In this document: positions 60,601-64,000 of the stretch, in pieces
Position numbering within the stretch: position 1 is the stretch's first letter
How the letters are laid out: each line of letters starts with the position of its first letter
DNA from: Marsupella aquatica
Taxonomy: Eukaryota > Plantae > Marchantiophyta
Length of the DNA: 64,000 bases
Direction: 5' to 3'
Assembly (NCBI GenBank): GCA_973895155.1
Contig: OZ316899.1
Location: forward strand, 10,317,035 to 10,381,034
Made by a program: the position numbers and the translations under genes
Notes under the pieces: generated by a model
Told to the model about the DNA's origin: nothing
Database searches by the model: none
Seen by the model: the letters and a program-made list of their open reading frames with translations, nothing else

Positions 60601-62274
60601 GATGGAGTCTATCATCATTGCAGAGCTCGACAAGGAGCTAAGAGCAACCCGGGAGGAGAGGACTACCTTGAAACAAGAACGGGAGGAAGCCCAGAAGGAA
60701 CTAGAGGAGGCACGCAAAGACCTGGATGAGACCCAGGAGGAGTTGGAGGAAATCACGAGGAAGATGGAGAACCTCCAGCGGCGGGCCGACAACCAAACGG
60801 AGCGGCTGAAGAAACAAGCCGCAGTATTTAAGTGCTTGTCTTCATCAGGCCCAACTCCAATTGGGGCAACCAAGTTACCAGGAGTGGTACTGGCCGAAGA
60901 AAAAGCCGCGCCACCTGCACCAGTGCCGGAAGTAAGTGGGAAGGGGAAGGGACCAGCTGCCGAACCAGAAAAGAAGAAAAAGCGGAAACCTTCAGGGTCA
61001 AGGAGTAATCCGACTCCACAAGCCGTGGTGACCAAGGAGGTAGAACCAGCACCATCCTCCGGCATGAATACGGCAATAGATCCCGCTATCATCACAGGTG
61101 GGGGTGGTGCGGCCCAAGCCGAACTACTCAGTAATGAGTCCGGTATTCCAGATCCGCCTCTTGAGCAGGCCGGGAAGACCGTAGCCGAGGCTGAGGCCGT
61201 AACCGATTCCCGAGCCGATGCCGACGCCGATGGTGGACCCAGTCAGGCCGATGGAGAGTTGACTCAGTCAAGGGCAGGTAATCTGTCAGAAAATGAACCT
61301 ACGGCAGTGGCTGAGGAGGAAGCGTTGGGGGCGTCCATTAAGGATCCACCACCGGTGTCGTGACGGTGCAAGGGCGCCGTTCCTTTTAGGGAGGGCGGAC
61401 GTGGAGGGAGGAGGCGTGAGTGGGCAGGGCGGGCGCTGATCTCCAAGTTTAAGATTAGGATCAGGACCAGGAGCGGCCCTGACACTTAGCTTAGTGGGAT
61501 TGCGGTCCCACTGGTAGGAGCAACACTTGTGCTCCTGCCTTGCTGTACATAGGTAGATTCGGGCAAGTAGATTACTGTTAAGTAGATTAGGCTTACGATG
61601 CAAAGAATGGCGGATCCACTACCAGGATAAGTACCTGGGCAGCGGGGAGCTCAGGGCCTCTTCTTTAGCAAGTTTTTAGTTTGCACCAGTCGGGCTAGGA
61701 TCAAGTAGTACGAGAAGCTCTCGGTTAGTCATACAGTGACCCTTGTGTATATTCATGTTTCCTCATGCCTAAGAGTTGAATAGAGTTGGCCTCACGGCTT
61801 AGTTCGCAGAGCTTGTGTATGAGATGTACTGTTTGTATGGCAAGTGCATGGTATGACTCAGTCAGAATGAGTCATTTTGCTATTTGTGTGTCGCATTAAC
61901 TTGTGTGAAGAGTGCACACATCAACCAAAAGGAAGGAAAGTAAGCAGGGGAGTGAGAGTTGGATGTGTTGAGCTGAGAGAGGTCTTAGCGGCTTAACCAA
62001 GCCTATTGGGGATCATTCCGGCGGCGGAATCCAAACATACCTAACAAGACGGAGGGGAAGACAGGGGAAGGCCTAGATTAGGCCGGCTACGTATCTCATG
62101 ACCCGATGAAGGATCTGTCCAGTATATGTGTGTAAAATGTTAATAGTAGTAGTAGAAGGTTAGCAGCGTCCCATGCCGCTAAGCCGCGGAAACGGCCTCG
62201 CCAAGCGCGAAACCTGCGGGAATCGGCTTGAGCTGGGGGTTTCTTGGGTTTAGGGAGCCATGGGACGTACCACA
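57613..62274 (+). mobile_element. 4.66-kb protein-coding solo-LTR (family A, copy 2)
   Basis: TGTGATGCC...GTACCACA; TSD CACAC (57608-57612, 62275-62279); removing it restores the family D LTR sequence GACACACACTAAGGACT. Confidence 0.92.
57989..61363 (+). pseudogene. LTR-encoded protein, family A copy 2: 1124 codons with one premature TAG at 59693-59695
   Basis: ORFs 57989-59695 and 59756-61363 are in the same frame; the TAG is CAG (Gln) in copy 1. Confidence 0.9.
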
Positions 62275-63593
62275 CACACACTAAGGACTTGGACTAGCCT
62301 ATGGCTGGTCGGGTCAAGGGGAAATGGTCCGGGCTCAAGGATGGCCGTCCGGACCTTCGGATGGACTTTGAGTTCTGAGGGCTTGGGAATGAGCTCCTCT
62401 TGGGCCCAAAGCCAATGGAGTTGACGCCATTGGCAACGGACGCTTGGGGCGCAAGTTGTGACCCAATCCGGGTTGGGCCGATCGGGGGCCCCGAGCGGTG
62501 ATCAGACCTGAGGACCTAGGCATGAGCACTAGGTCGGCCCGGTCACAACGGGCTAAGGCACTCCGCTTGCGAATGCTTATCAAGAAAGTTATGGGCGTTG
62601 CCAGTTGGTGGCGCGCCCATTATGCGCGATGGGATCCGGGTTGGGGGCCAAATGTTTAGGGACCAAAGCTGGTCCGGGGGTGGCAGGTCTCCAGAAGCAT
62701 ATATGAGGGGAGTGGTGTCTCCCTGGGGGCTAAAGCCGAGCCGAAGTCGTGAGCCGCGGAGGTCGCGACACTAAGGGAAACTGCCAAACGGAAATGACGA
62801 TATCTTCCCAACGGGAAGTCCGTTGGAGGACTTCTTGGGTGCGTTGGAAATCTCTTGAAGAGGGCTACGTCCTCTTGAGATCATCTGGGTCTGGGGGTGC
62901 CGTGGGTTCTTGTGGTTTGCGGGTGTTAGCTCGCCCGCTTGCCAAATCCTGCCTAACAGCAGCCAAGCCGCGTTCAGTCTTCCAAGGGAGCTTGCATTGG
63001 GGAGGCAAGGCCAAGTAGGTGCGGAGGCTGAGTTCCAAAGGTTCTCGGCCCCTAGACCACCAGTGGGGCAAACCGGGAGCGATGGCTAGAGTTGGGACCG
63101 TTCTGGTCCCGGCGTCTTGGGACAAGCTTTAGGATAAGCTACGCTATTTGGGCCATGAGCATGTCCCGAGGTCAGGGCGGTCAGTTGGTGATGGATAGGT
63201 ACAAGGGGGAACCCGGGCCGCGCCCAAGGAAGAAGTTGTTCTGGACCAATAGTGGGCGTGGGTTCTGGTTCCAACTTATGGCATCGGGAGGACCTATCGC
63301 TGACCTATTTACCAACATCTGTTGAGCTTGAGTTAGGATGCTAGACTTGGCGAGTTCTAGATCGTGAAGGGTTACTTACCGAGGTGTTTGGTTGCTAGTG
63401 CAGATAGGGAGGACCGTTGAGTAGCGGTTGTGTTAAAGAGCAAGTGCGGCTTCGTATGGGAGGGGCCGCTGGCGGTGCAAGGGGCACTAGGTTACTTGCT
63501 TGAGGTATTCCGTGGAGGCGTTCGGGCACCAAGGGCACTCAGGCGTGAGTGCTGGGATTGGTGAGGGCGCTGGGTGGCAAGGTCCACCATTTG

Positions 63594-63605
63594 TGGTATC
63601 AGAGC
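63594..63605 (+). other. tRNA-iMet primer binding site
   Basis: TGGTATCAGAGC, 2 nt after the LTR end. Confidence 0.92.
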
Positions 63606-64000
63606 GATTGCTAGCATAGACACTGGGCCAAGGTTGTGCTAAGTCGGAATCCAAAAATCTTAGCGGATTTTTGCGGGGACTTAGTGCTTCAACGTGCCCG
63701 GCGGGTCGATTGCGGGCAGATTTGGTCGTTGGGAACATGGCTAAAAACACTTGATCAAAGAGTGGCAAACAGGCTCCTCCCACCAAGGGGAGAGCCCAAG
63801 TTCAAGATGAACAAAAGGAGGACGGGTCGACTTCCCTAGACGAACGTTATAAGCAGGACAAAGAAGACGCAATGGCCAAACCGTCGACCGTTGCGGCGAA
63901 CACGTCAAGTGTAGAGCGCCGTCAACTTAAAGGGAAGGAGGTGGCTGATCCTTAAGAGGATGGGTTGGATGACGACGACTCCGACGCAGAAGGAAGCGAC

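Larger units (their letters stand above)
57442..64000 (+). mobile_element. Family D LTR retrotransposon 5' end: LTR 57442-63591 (split by solo-LTR A2), PBS, start of internal region
   Basis: Starts AGTCGCGGAACTCG, ends GGTCCACCATT, then tRNA-iMet PBS; superfamily cannot be determined in this window. Confidence 0.9.

Noticed and set aside
57989-61363. LTR ORF as a retroviral env gene
   Set aside because: No signal peptide or transmembrane segment visible; charged coiled coil and NLS-like runs instead
61853-61876. TGACTCA-GTCAGAA-TGAGTCA hairpin as part of a hammerhead (retrozyme)
   Set aside because: No CUGANGA/GAAA core with three stems could be built
57613-62274. Family A unit as a DIRS/YR element or autonomous DNA transposon
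   Set aside because: No RT, tyrosine recombinase or DDE motifs seen; 5-bp TSD, TG...CA ends and homology to a PPT-defined LTR

Overview
Eukaryotic, almost certainly land-plant heterochromatin (element types suggest a non-seed plant such as a bryophyte; this is inference). The window is entirely nested transposable elements and I recognise no host gene. Two systems stand out. (1) A non-chromovirus Ty3/Gypsy group whose LTRs are 3.9-4.7 kb and themselves contain a sense-strand ~1,100-aa gene (globular plant-TE accessory domain plus coiled coil), with a TATA box near the LTR start and a structurally conserved double hairpin near the LTR end. It appears as a PPT-defined 3' LTR on a gag-pol element (32236-36164), two TSD-flanked coding solo-LTRs (12937-17641, 57613-62274), a third diverged family (1-1704) and two fragments. 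(2) A complete 22.8-kb CACTA/En-Spm transposon (1765-24555, TIRs, CAC TSD) that carries, upstream of its TNP2 transposase, four co-oriented cargo ORFs: a Cys/His finger, a stand-alone EDM2-type composite PHD module, tandem BRCT domains and an F-box. Also present: a nested non-autonomous CACTA, an LTR family with atypical AGT...ACT termini, two further Gypsy elements, a Bianca-type Copia with a half-tRNA-Ile PBS and a chromodomain integrase fragment. Most ORFs are pseudogenised. All family and domain calls are by-eye motif recognition, not database searches.
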